From NCBI GenBank assembly GCA_009782475.1, contig WRIZ01000002.1, positions 1 to 64,000 of the forward strand: a stretch of 64,000 nt of DNA. Direction: 5' to 3'. The notes under the pieces were generated by a model. The model worked only from the letters and a program-made list of their open reading frames with translations. It was not told the DNA's origin and did no database searches. Each line of letters opens with the position of its first letter. The stretch's first letter is position 1. A program made the translations under genes and the position numbers. This DNA comes from Oscillospiraceae bacterium (GTDB lineage: Bacteria; Bacillota; Clostridia; Oscillospirales; UBA929). Of this stretch, positions 1 to 8,717 are shown one piece after another.

Positions 1-101
1 AAAAGGCGATCCCCATTGACACACCGCTCGCCGAACATATCAATGCAAAGCGATACAAAGTTGATGATGAAGAACTGCTGAAACAACTCTGCGGTCTATG
101 A
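1..101 (+). CDS. 3' end of a hypothetical CDS running in from upstream of the window (stop TGA at 99-101)
   Basis: Open frame from the window edge, translating ...KRYKVDDEELLKQLCGL*. No recognisable domain. Confidence 0.25.
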   Translation, partial: KAIPIDTPLAEHINAKRYKVDDEELLKQLCGL

Positions 102-208
102 TGGTGTTTGTTATCAGGAAATTCAATCGCCGAAATATCTAAATAACGGGTTTCTGCGGTTGGTTTCCTGATAAGTCGGGATTTCTGATAAGGCAATAAA
201 TCATAAAT

Positions 209-847
209 TTATGATTTATTGCCATCTATGAGGTTGTATCTCCCTGGGCTGATCTCAGCAAGAATGACCGGGCACCGTAAATCGGCATCAGCACATTTAT
301 CAATCGGTATCTTGCTGGGCAAGGCCGTATGGTCCGCGACCAGAGTTTCCTTGAGGGGGTACTCACCATGATGGGTGGTTATATGCTCCAATAAGCGTGT
401 GATGTTGAAAATCCAGATGCCGTTTGCAAGATACTGGTCGCCTTCTCGTATTTCAAGCGGTTGGTAGTTTGGGTCGGGGAAAAGATATAAAGGGTGGCTT
501 TCACGTTTTAGCCGCTCCCGAGTTTTCTTGGTCAGTGATTTCAATATCAAATCGTAAGAATGGTCTATCTGACGGAAAATCTCGTTATCAGGGACGCTGC
601 CATCGCAAAGCACCCTGTTCCAGTGACCGCTTTTATCCGCCGGCTTAACGGCCGAATACTGTTTACGCAATAAATCGGCCAGCATGGGTTCGCACTTCAA
701 GGTGAGTTTAGTCACACCGTCTTTTTCGTAAATCGCAGTAAATACTTTACCCCCTGCTTTGAACGTGGCAGTAGAAGGGCCGAAGGGGTATTCCAATGCC
801 GCGTACCGTTTGGACAGGCAGTAATCCATCAGCTTTTGATCGGTCAT
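209..847 (-). CDS. MmcQ/YjbR-family predicted DNA-binding protein with an extra C-terminal domain
   Basis: 212-aa ORF. The N-terminal ~115 aa (MTDQKLMDYCLSKRYAALEYPFGP...GHWNRV) matches the MmcQ/YjbR (DUF419) pattern as I remember it. Confidence 0.45.
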   Translation of the reverse strand: MTDQKLMDYCLSKRYAALEYPFGPSTATFKAGGKVFTAIYEKDGVTKLTLKCEPMLADLLRKQYSAVKPADKSGHWNRVLCDGSVPDNEIFRQIDHSYDLILKSLTKKTRERLKRESHPLYLFPDPNYQPLEIREGDQYLANGIWIFNITRLLEHITTHHGEYPLKETLVADHTALPSKIPIDKCADADLRCPVILAEISPGRYNLIDGNKS

Positions 848-871
848 ACGTTCACCCCGGCAATATAGTAG

Positions 872-1129
872 CTACTGCTCATGCTCCTGACTCCACATTT
901 TCGGATTAAGCCCTAACTCCACAGCTGCACGGATAGGGTCGGCTGGAATTCCATTTTTCGCAAGCCGCTCGACTATTTGGGACAGCAGTATACATGAAGC
1001 CATTGCCGGTTCACTTTTGACAATGACCTGACACTCCCCGGTATCAGGATTGAGTGACGCAAATATCTCTGCGCTGTTGCCTTTGAGCAGTTCGACAATC
1101 ATTTTATCTGTCTGATCTTGCGTAAACAA
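872..1129 (-). CDS. hypothetical small protein
   Basis: 85-aa ORF in the same orientation as its neighbours. No recognisable motif. Confidence 0.3.
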   Translation of the reverse strand: MFTQDQTDKMIVELLKGNSAEIFASLNPDTGECQVIVKSEPAMASCILLSQIVERLAKNGIPADPIRAAVELGLNPKMWSQEHEQ

Positions 1130-1211
1130 TGCGATACGCCCCTTTCACGGTAAAACGGCGATTCAGGCCAAGACCTAAATCGCCGTTGCCTTCTTATCAG
1201 ACTCTATACCT

Positions 1212-1991
1212 CTACATCATCAGACTGCGTTTTATGAAATCGAGGAGCTGTACCGCGTCTCCTCCGGCTCTTGCTTTTATGTACAAGGAGGTCAGCAAGT
1301 GATGCGCGTCCTCCAATGATAGCTCGTCGGCAGCCTTTGCCAGTTCAGGGGAGTTCGAAAAATCGGATGAGAACATAGCTTTGGTTCCAGTTTTCGGAGA
1401 ATCATTCCCTTGCTCCTTGGAAACTCCCGGTGCGTCAGTTTTGTTTTCGGCATCACCACGCGGCTTTTGAACCGCAAGCCCTTGGGCTACCTTTGCATAT
1501 CCTTTTGTAGTAAGGAATGAAATGAGAATATCGTCGGTACATACTCCTTGTTCATCCACATCACCGGTAAGGTAAAGGGGGTTCAGGTTGAGTACCTGCC
1601 CAATGGCGACGGCAACTTTTGCGGTGATGACGCCGGTAGCGTAAACACGGTTGATGGATACTCGCTTCAAACCGGTCAGCGCGTCGATCTCATCCTTCTG
1701 CTTCCTTTTCGCGGCTTTTAAGACTTCCTTTGTCCGTTCCATAGTCAGATCGGCATTCGCGCTGACGTCTTTCCGTCCCATCGTTTGGATGACTTCCGCT
1801 GAGAGCATGATGATTTCCCCCTGTTTTTGTCGTTTGTTGCCTATATCATACCTCATAGCGGATTGAAGCGCAACTGTTATTTCATGCGGAGTACCTGCCT
1901 GTGGCGGTTCGATTACTGTTGTGCTTTCTGATGGCATATGGTAAAATTGGTCGAGGTTTGTAGAAGCGAACCACATGGCGGTCAAGATCAT
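1212..1991 (-). CDS. hypothetical protein with Lys/Glu-rich central and C-terminal parts
   Basis: 259-aa ORF. The start codon is uncertain and no conserved domain was recognised. It sits in an accessory-like context. Confidence 0.35.
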   Translation of the reverse strand: MILTAMWFASTNLDQFYHMPSESTTVIEPPQAGTPHEITVALQSAMRYDIGNKRQKQGEIIMLSAEVIQTMGRKDVSANADLTMERTKEVLKAAKRKQKDEIDALTGLKRVSINRVYATGVITAKVAVAIGQVLNLNPLYLTGDVDEQGVCTDDILISFLTTKGYAKVAQGLAVQKPRGDAENKTDAPGVSKEQGNDSPKTGTKAMFSSDFSNSPELAKAADELSLEDAHHLLTSLYIKARAGGDAVQLLDFIKRSLMM

Positions 1992-2012
1992 AATCAGAGG
2001 AGAACTCAGATC

Positions 2013-3296
2013 ATGTCATATGACAACGATAGGTTTTTTGAGAACCTTATGGGAACAGAGGCGGGTCAGCGCCTGTATGGAGCGACAAAAAGCCTTGTCA
2101 ACACAATGTTTGAAGGGTTGTCAGACTATGAAATAGCAAAGAGTATGCTTCCGAAAAAAGGAAACTATCGGGACGGCGCTTACAATTCCATGCAGGATAT
2201 CAAAGACGAGATCGACAACTGTCAAAGGGATATTCAAATGGTGAAAGCCGAAGCGGACACAGCCCGAAAACCGGGAGTCCGTTATGCTGAAATTCTTAGC
2301 AGGTTGTATAGCCGGGAGTCGTCGCTAAAAGCGGAACTGCAGGATCGGATAGAAGAAAGACGTGACCCTGCTGCCTACGCTGAGCAAAAGCGCATGGAGC
2401 GGTACAACAGTTTATATGAGCAGTCGAAAACTGCAACATCTGAATGGGAACTGAAAAGGCTTGTTGAGCAGTTGCGTGAACTTGATGGTTTCGAAGACTC
2501 TGAAGATTTGGCTGACGAAATAGAGCAGCGATATGAAAATCTCAAGAGCACACGCATTAGCAGCTCATACAGCAGCGAAATACAAAAGCTATCGGAGCTA
2601 AAAAAACAGTTTGATAGCAGAAATAAATTGACTCCGCACCAACTTCGAGAATTGGCGAATTCTTATAAGGAAAGAGCCCGCCAATTCAATGACCTTGAGG
2701 GATATAAATCATCTGTTGAAAAAGCAAAGGAATGCGAAAGGAATAGTGATACCGCGAGTAAATTAGCGGATACCAAGGAGCGAAGGGCAATTATTGCCCG
2801 AAAAACGGTTATAGGGGTAGGTATAGGCGTTCAGGTATGTGTGACAGCGTATTTCCTTTATACTCTCTATGGAACAGCAGCTATTCGCCAATTTACCGAG
2901 GCGGAAAAAGGGTCATGGGGTATCATGCACTCTTTGTTTATGCCGTTATGTTTGTTCGGCCTGACGCTGGCTTGCAATAGCATGATTTTTTTCAGGAAGA
3001 ACTTTATTTCCGGCGCGTTAACGCATCTGCCGTTATTCGGTGTCGCTATAGTCTACGCGGTTACACTGGCCAATTGGACAGATAGCGCATCATCGGACTT
3101 GCTTACCTTTGGCCTGCTATGCCTTGTTGCAATAATCCCGGGCTTTATATTGCTGTTACTAATGCAGAAGACATATTCTATTAAGTCAATCCCTATTTCT
3201 CTGATTCTTGTTGCTGCTGTAGTAATAGGTGGAAGATATGGGTTTCCTGCATTGGAAACTTTCATGCAATCATTACCGGAAATAGGGATAGGGTGA
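2013..3296 (+). CDS. hypothetical membrane protein with an N-terminal coiled-coil and C-terminal transmembrane helices
   Basis: ATG at 2013 is preceded by AGAGGAGA. The N-terminal ~260 aa are charged and coiled-coil-like. The C-terminal ~160 aa contain at least 4 hydrophobic helices. The gene ends in an ATGA overlap with the next gene. Confidence 0.5.
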   Translation: MSYDNDRFFENLMGTEAGQRLYGATKSLVNTMFEGLSDYEIAKSMLPKKGNYRDGAYNSMQDIKDEIDNCQRDIQMVKAEADTARKPGVRYAEILSRLYSRESSLKAELQDRIEERRDPAAYAEQKRMERYNSLYEQSKTATSEWELKRLVEQLRELDGFEDSEDLADEIEQRYENLKSTRISSSYSSEIQKLSELKKQFDSRNKLTPHQLRELANSYKERARQFNDLEGYKSSVEKAKECERNSDTASKLADTKERRAIIARKTVIGVGIGVQVCVTAYFLYTLYGTAAIRQFTEAEKGSWGIMHSLFMPLCLFGLTLACNSMIFFRKNFISGALTHLPLFGVAIVYAVTLANWTDSASSDLLTFGLLCLVAIIPGFILLLLMQKTYSIKSIPISLILVAAVVIGGRYGFPALETFMQSLPEIGIG

Positions 3297-4003
3297 GCAG
3301 TATGAATGATCTGACCGCTTTACTAAAAGATGAATTACTCCAACATGGCGCTGATATGGTCGGCATCGGAGATTTATCGGAACTGCCGCCGGATGTTCGC
3401 CATGATTTGACTGTCGGTATATCCGTTGCGGTGAAGTATCCTGACATAGTCATCCAAGGAATCGGAGAGTTCCCCACGGGAGCCTATAATAACTGGTACA
3501 TAAAGCTCAACGAGCGATTGGATATGCTGGTTACTTTGGGTGCGGAAAAGCTTCAATCCCTCGGTTATAAGGCAATCGCCATGACGCGGGCGTTCGTTGG
3601 AAATGGGGAGACGGAAAACAATACAGCCTTGCCGCATAAAACGGTGGCCACTCGCGCCGGCATAGGATGGATTGGGAAAAGCGCTTTACTGGTCACAGAA
3701 CAGTACGGCTCAATGATCCGCCTTTCATCCATTCTCACCGATGCCCCATTGGACACTGCCGAACCTGTCAACCAATCCAAGTGCGGGGACTGCATGATCT
3801 GCACGGTGGCCTGTCCGGCCGGGGCGATTTCGGGGCGAGAATGGAGTACCGAACTGTCCCGCGATGGGTTCTTTGACCCTGGCAAATGCCGCAAGACAGC
3901 CAAAGAGCGAGCATTCAAAGGATTTGGAGGAGGCAACACCATATGCGGAAAGTGCATTGAAATCTGCCCATACACGCGGCAAGCGTGGGGGAATGGACTT
4001 TGA
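3293..4003 (+). CDS. QueG-like (epoxyqueuosine-reductase-like) 4Fe-4S ferredoxin-domain protein, short form
   Basis: There are two Cys clusters, CGDCMICTVACP and CGKCIEICPY. The N-terminus (LQHGADMVGIGDLSELP) resembles the QueG N-domain. At 236 aa it has no room for a cobalamin domain. Confidence 0.55.
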   Translation: MSSMNDLTALLKDELLQHGADMVGIGDLSELPPDVRHDLTVGISVAVKYPDIVIQGIGEFPTGAYNNWYIKLNERLDMLVTLGAEKLQSLGYKAIAMTRAFVGNGETENNTALPHKTVATRAGIGWIGKSALLVTEQYGSMIRLSSILTDAPLDTAEPVNQSKCGDCMICTVACPAGAISGREWSTELSRDGFFDPGKCRKTAKERAFKGFGGGNTICGKCIEICPYTRQAWGNGL

Positions 4004-4067
4004 CGGGTTCTTCCGTATATGCTATAATATTTGAGGTTATTCAATAGATAGAGAGGGAGGACAACGT

Positions 4068-4661
4068 ATGGCTACGCTTTTGCTTTATCAAGGGCATGGG
4101 AGCTTTCGTCTCAGGTCAGGTGACGGAAAGGTCATCTTTGTGGATCCATACATCGGTGACGGTTACGATTTACCGGCTGATATAGTCTTGGTGACCCATC
4201 AGCATGGCGACCATAATCAAGTGCAGTTGGTCACCCAAAACCCTGGATGCCGTGTGATTACCAACAATGAAGCGTTGACAGGCGGTAAGCACCAATCGTT
4301 TTCGATTGACGGCATAGAAATACAATCCGTGGCTGCCGGCAACAAGAACCATGACCCTAACCAATGTGTTGGCTATATCATTACGCTTGATGGAGTGAAA
4401 GTATACGCGGCAGGGGATACCTCCAAGACCGGAAGCATGGAGTCTTTCGCGGACATGAGCATAGACTATGCGCTGCTGCCCACAGACGGTAAATACAACA
4501 TGGGCCTCGATGAAGCGGCAGAGTGTGCCCGCATTATTAAGGCAAAGCACAATGTCCCGATTCATATGAAACCGGGAGAACTGTTTGACCGTGACTACGC
4601 AGAAATGTTCTGCGCGCCGAATAGGCTGATTGTTGAGCCGGGGGAGGAGATTACGCTGTAG
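4068..4661 (+). CDS. MBL-fold metallo-hydrolase
   Basis: HQHGDH metal-binding motif (THQHGDHNQ), 197 aa. RBS GAGGGAGG lies upstream. Confidence 0.7.
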   Translation: MATLLLYQGHGSFRLRSGDGKVIFVDPYIGDGYDLPADIVLVTHQHGDHNQVQLVTQNPGCRVITNNEALTGGKHQSFSIDGIEIQSVAAGNKNHDPNQCVGYIITLDGVKVYAAGDTSKTGSMESFADMSIDYALLPTDGKYNMGLDEAAECARIIKAKHNVPIHMKPGELFDRDYAEMFCAPNRLIVEPGEEITL

Positions 4662-4665
4662 GCGG

Positions 4666-4703
4666 CGCACTTCAAGTCTTCTTGAAGTGCGTTGCATTTT
4701 CTT
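4666..4703 (+). terminator. Rho-independent terminator after the MBL hydrolase gene
   Basis: 11-bp stem cgcacttcaag / cttgaagtgcg with loop tctt, followed by ttgcattttctt. Confidence 0.6.
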
Positions 4704-4737
4704 AAAGAAAAAAGCAAAAATATTTTCAAAAAAACTA

Positions 4738-4768
4738 TTGACTTTGACGCTACGGAATAGTTTACACT
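4738..4768 (+). promoter_or_regulatory. MerR-type promoter: -35 TTGACT, 19-bp spacer, -10 TACACT
   Basis: A 19-bp spacer is the hallmark of MerR-regulated promoters. It lies directly upstream of the MerR-HTH gene, so autoregulation is plausible. The outer dyad CTATT..AATAG spans the -35 element and the spacer. Confidence 0.4.
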
Positions 4769-4790
4769 TGGTTTTAGGAGGTGAGGTCAG

Positions 4791-5798
4791 ATGGAATACA
4801 CCGTCAACAAACTCTCGAAATTGTCAGGGGTCAGCGCTCGTACGCTGCGTTATTACGATGAGATCGGCCTCTTGAAACCGGCTAAGGTCGCATCGTCAGG
4901 GTATCGCAGCTACGGGCAGTACGAAGTGGATATGTTGCAGCAGATTTTGTTCTACCGTGAACTCAATTTCTCGCTGGACGATATCCAGAAAATCATGACC
5001 GACCCCAATTTTGACCGGGAGCAGGCTTTCACAAACCATCTCACCGAGCTTCAAAACAAAAGTGTGCGGCTGGACGAATTGATTGTCAACGTCAAGAAGT
5101 CCATGGCCGCCATGAAAGGTGAGGGTACTATGTCGGTCAAAGAAAAATTCAAGGGGTTCAGCAAGACGAACAGAAACGTGGATGCCGTGTTGAAGGAAAT
5201 CTCCATCACCGGCAATGTAGCCGGAGGGTTGCTCCTCAATGAAATCGAGCAGGTGTTTGTCAACATCGGGGAAGAGAATGTAGAGTTCATTTATACCTTC
5301 CCGATGCCTGAAGACGCCTCGGTCACCAGTTTCTCTGCCATGATTGGAGATGAGCGATTCACAGGCGTGGTGCAGGAAAAGGAAGAAGCGCTGGAAAAAT
5401 ACCAGAAAGCCATTGTCAAGGGTGACAGCGCCTACATGCTTGAGAGTCATCGGGACAATATATTTCAAGCCTCTCTGGGTAACGTGGCAAAGGGCGAAAC
5501 GGTAACCGTTCACATCTCTTACATACAGGATGTCACGGTGTCCAATAATGAGATCAGATTGCTAATCCCTACCCTTGTCAGCCCGCGGTATATCCCCGGT
5601 AAGCCCATAGGCCCGAAAACAGGTATGGGCTCCGTCAATCCGACCGGGCAGGTTCCAGATGCGGATTTCATTACTCCTGTGATTGGCGAAACAGGTTATA
5701 AGGTTGATTTTAATCTCTCTTTTGAATTGGATAACAATATTAAAGAGATTTCCTCGCCGTCTCATGACATTACATCGACATTTGACGAAGGCAAATGA
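4791..5798 (+). CDS. MerR-family HTH regulator fused to a VIT domain. This is the N-terminal segment of a MerR-VIT-vWA protein and ends at an in-frame TGA.
   Basis: The N-terminus LSGVSARTLRYYDEIGLLKP is a MerR HTH, followed by a coiled-coil. Residues ~150-275 fit the VIT pattern (FPMPEDASVTSF...RLLIPTLVSPRY). Translation continues in the same frame after TGA 5796-5798. Confidence 0.7.
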   Translation: MEYTVNKLSKLSGVSARTLRYYDEIGLLKPAKVASSGYRSYGQYEVDMLQQILFYRELNFSLDDIQKIMTDPNFDREQAFTNHLTELQNKSVRLDELIVNVKKSMAAMKGEGTMSVKEKFKGFSKTNRNVDAVLKEISITGNVAGGLLLNEIEQVFVNIGEENVEFIYTFPMPEDASVTSFSAMIGDERFTGVVQEKEEALEKYQKAIVKGDSAYMLESHRDNIFQASLGNVAKGETVTVHISYIQDVTVSNNEIRLLIPTLVSPRYIPGKPIGPKTGMGSVNPTGQVPDADFITPVIGETGYKVDFNLSFELDNNIKEISSPSHDITSTFDEGK

Positions 5799-5840
5799 AC
5801 TGTTACTGTAAATCAGGCGGATCTGAACTCCGACTTTGTC

Positions 5841-7781
5841 TTGAACATTTCGCTGCTCGGCGTTACGGCCGAGAAGTTCATCGTTTCTCAAAAGACAGAT
5901 AGCGGGTATTTTTCCTATATCTCGTTTGTGCCAAGACTGAAAGCCGCGCCTTTTGCTAACAAGGAATATATTTACATGCTCGATATATCCTATTCAATGA
6001 GCGGCGAAAACTTGGAATCGGCGAAGAAGGCTCTGAAAATCTGTCTGAGAAACCTGGAAGCCGGCGACATTTTTAATATGATTGCCTTTGAAAGCAGCTT
6101 CGAGTGTTTTTCCGAGCGGGGTGTTGAGCTTACAGAGGACAGCTTCAAAAAAGCTAACCTGTGGATAGATCAGCAAACCAGCCGTGGCGGTACGGAAATC
6201 TTCCCGGCCCTGCGGTATGCTGTGGAAAGCATGAAGAATGAACACGACATAGAAAAGATTATTATGCTCCTGACGGACGGTCAGGTGGGCAATGAGGACG
6301 AGATTATCAAATATGTCAAGGGCAATTTCGATGGCCGCGTCTTCTGCGTGGGAATCGACGTCAATGTCAACGACAGCTTCTTAAACAAAGTATCTACTGT
6401 AGGCAACGGCTATACAGAGTTCTATTACCCGGACAGTAATGAAGACCTTGCCGGAAAAATCGTAAGGCAATTCGCCAGATCAAATGCCGCGTATCTCAAG
6501 GACATTAAGTTCAAAGCGGATTGCAAAATCGAGGTGGCCGGCAAGCCGCCTAAATACCTCTACAGTGATGAATGCTGCAACATCATCTTGAAATCGGACG
6601 ACTGTATTGACTTTTTACGCGTTATCGGGTCTTCCGACGAGGGCGAGATGACGTTGGAGTTCCCGGTGACAGACACCAACGGCAATCCAGAGCTGTTCAG
6701 TAAAATGTGGGCCAAGAAGAGGATAACTGATTATGAACGCGATGCGTTCGATATCAACCCGAGACACGAGAAGCTGGCAAAAGAAAAGATTATCGAAATA
6801 AGCGTCATGTATGGCGTGATATGTCGCTATACCAGCTTTATCGCGCTGAATGAGCGTGAGAGCAAACAGGTGAATCTGCCCAAAGCGGTAGCCGTTCCGG
6901 TCAATGCGCCGAAGAGGAAAGCAGCAAAATCTTCTGGCGGAGGAATCTTGGGCAGAGGGCTTTTCAGCGAAATGAAGATGCTCAGTAGGCCATATTCAGA
7001 CGATGATACTGAAGACTTTGTCTGCTATAGTAGGTCTCCGCGCGAACAAGAGAGACGGTCGCAAGAGAGACTTGAAATGAAACGGCTAATGAGGCCAATA
7101 GATGATGCCGATGATTTCTCTGAATTTATGCCCCGAAGCGCAAGCATTCCGCCACCGCCTCCTAGTGCCGCATATGCTCCAAGTGCATCTGTGCAAAGCA
7201 GCGATGCCGATGAGAGCGATCCTTTCGAGAGCATATTCCGCATCTTTAATAGATCTTCGGCAACGAGGCCGCAGCCAGAAGGCAAAAGCAAAATCCAGCC
7301 TCTTGTCCTAAGATTTTTCAAGGAAATCTCTGATAGAGACACCCCAGTATCAGAATCGGAGTTCAAACTCGACATACGGGCAAAGATCATCGAGCTGTCT
7401 AAGCATTGCGACGCCATTGACTTTGCTGTGTGCTTCAATGAGATGGATCAGATTCTATCGGCTGTCGAGCAGTTTGTCGGGAAGGGCGATCAAGCATTTG
7501 ACGACAGTTTCCAAAAGTTGCTTCAACTGTTGGATGAGAACTGCCGCTTAAACGATGCGTCCTTAAAGTCCGCCGATATTGCCAGTATGCAGAATTTCGA
7601 CGGCTCGTTCTGCCAGTGCAGTCAGCTGAAAAAGAAGTATACCTTGGTCGCGGCGAAGCGGTTTATCAGCGACAGCGATTCATTCCTGTATAGCAGGCAA
7701 ATCAAAAAGCTGGTTGAATTTTTCCGCCGGACAGACGCCACTGTTTTGGAGGATTCTTGCTTTGCCGAATACTTGAAGTAA
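5841..7781 (+). CDS. von Willebrand factor A (vWA) domain protein, continuing the upstream VIT ORF in frame. It carries an internal copy of the FtsZ C-terminal peptide.
   Basis: vWA MIDAS region YMLDISYSMSGENL...LTDGQ. Then a Pro-rich disordered linker (PPPPPSAAYAPS) ending in DESDPFESIFRIFNRSS, then an alpha-helical C-terminal domain. It is in the same frame as 4791..5798, and the intervening codons read TVTVNQADLNSDFVLNISL. Confidence 0.7.
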   Translation: MNISLLGVTAEKFIVSQKTDSGYFSYISFVPRLKAAPFANKEYIYMLDISYSMSGENLESAKKALKICLRNLEAGDIFNMIAFESSFECFSERGVELTEDSFKKANLWIDQQTSRGGTEIFPALRYAVESMKNEHDIEKIIMLLTDGQVGNEDEIIKYVKGNFDGRVFCVGIDVNVNDSFLNKVSTVGNGYTEFYYPDSNEDLAGKIVRQFARSNAAYLKDIKFKADCKIEVAGKPPKYLYSDECCNIILKSDDCIDFLRVIGSSDEGEMTLEFPVTDTNGNPELFSKMWAKKRITDYERDAFDINPRHEKLAKEKIIEISVMYGVICRYTSFIALNERESKQVNLPKAVAVPVNAPKRKAAKSSGGGILGRGLFSEMKMLSRPYSDDDTEDFVCYSRSPREQERRSQERLEMKRLMRPIDDADDFSEFMPRSASIPPPPPSAAYAPSASVQSSDADESDPFESIFRIFNRSSATRPQPEGKSKIQPLVLRFFKEISDRDTPVSESEFKLDIRAKIIELSKHCDAIDFAVCFNEMDQILSAVEQFVGKGDQAFDDSFQKLLQLLDENCRLNDASLKSADIASMQNFDGSFCQCSQLKKKYTLVAAKRFISDSDSFLYSRQIKKLVEFFRRTDATVLEDSCFAEYLK

Positions 7782-7841
7782 AAAGCTGCAATAGGCAATG
7801 GGCGGGTTGACTAATAACCCGCCCATTGCTATATCTCTTCA

Positions 7842-8717
7842 TCATGCCGTTTGTTGCTTCTGCCAAGCGCAAAGCAGATCGGTTATGACTTGATTCATCT
7901 GAGATGCCGTGTAATCCGCAGGGAAGAATCTACGAAATCCTCCGACGTCTTTTTCTGTGTTCGAATCTGATTTAGTTTTCGCAAGCACCTTTTCAATCGC
8001 GGCAACGGTGAGTTCCCCGGCTTGGCTCAGTTTCTTGAGTTGTATTGCCTGCGAGAGCATCGGCTTGACCTGATATTTCATCATTGCCTCTACCACAGAT
8101 GCTTGTTCCGAACGCGAGAGATGGGACAATTCCACGGCAGGATTGAACGCAAGCCGATTTGCGTCCACCTTGTCAAGCAGATCAGGAACCAATTCAGTCA
8201 GCCGGATTAGCCGAAAAATCTGGTTTCTGCTTTCGCCGGTCTGCTCGACCAACACATCCACGGAGTGCATATCGCTTTTGACTCCGTTGTGGTTCAGTGC
8301 TTCCATCTTAACACGGTAGGCCCACGCCTTTTCGCTGGGCAGGATTTTCTCCCGCTGTTCCAAATTCGAATCTACCATCGCTATGGCGGCGCTGTCATCG
8401 TCCATTTCGCGTATGATAACAGGCATGGTGACTATCCCGGCGAGTTCGGAAGCCCGTTTGCGTCGGTTCCCGGCAATAAGCTCATAACCACCCTCGGCTC
8501 TTGGCCGGACAAGACCGGGCTCACGGACGCCATACTGCTTCACGCTGTTTACAAGCCGTTTCATAGCAGCATCATCAAGAACCTGAAATGGGTGATACTC
8601 AGGAGGGTAGAGTTCAGTGAGCGGGAGGTCAACGATACGCTCGACATCCGCTTCAACGCCAAAAATCTCGTTGTGACCGGCAAGGGCAAGGTTGCCGAAT
8701 GTTCCTGTCTTACGCAA
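7842..8717 (-). CDS. parB: ParB/Spo0J-family partition protein
   Basis: ParB N-terminal domain: GVREPGLVRP...YELIAGNRRKRASELAG, a GERR-box variant. 291 aa. It overlaps parA by 8 bp. Confidence 0.8.
   Translation of the reverse strand: MRKTGTFGNLALAGHNEIFGVEADVERIVDLPLTELYPPEYHPFQVLDDAAMKRLVNSVKQYGVREPGLVRPRAEGGYELIAGNRRKRASELAGIVTMPVIIREMDDDSAAIAMVDSNLEQREKILPSEKAWAYRVKMEALNHNGVKSDMHSVDVLVEQTGESRNQIFRLIRLTELVPDLLDKVDANRLAFNPAVELSHLSRSEQASVVEAMMKYQVKPMLSQAIQLKKLSQAGELTVAAIEKVLAKTKSDSNTEKDVGGFRRFFPADYTASQMNQVITDLLCAWQKQQTA

Noticed and set aside
5796-5840. Selenocysteine (Sec) recoding at the in-frame TGA
   Set aside because: There is no convincing SECIS-like hairpin immediately 3' of the TGA. 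The context (VIT-vWA linker) is not a redox motif.
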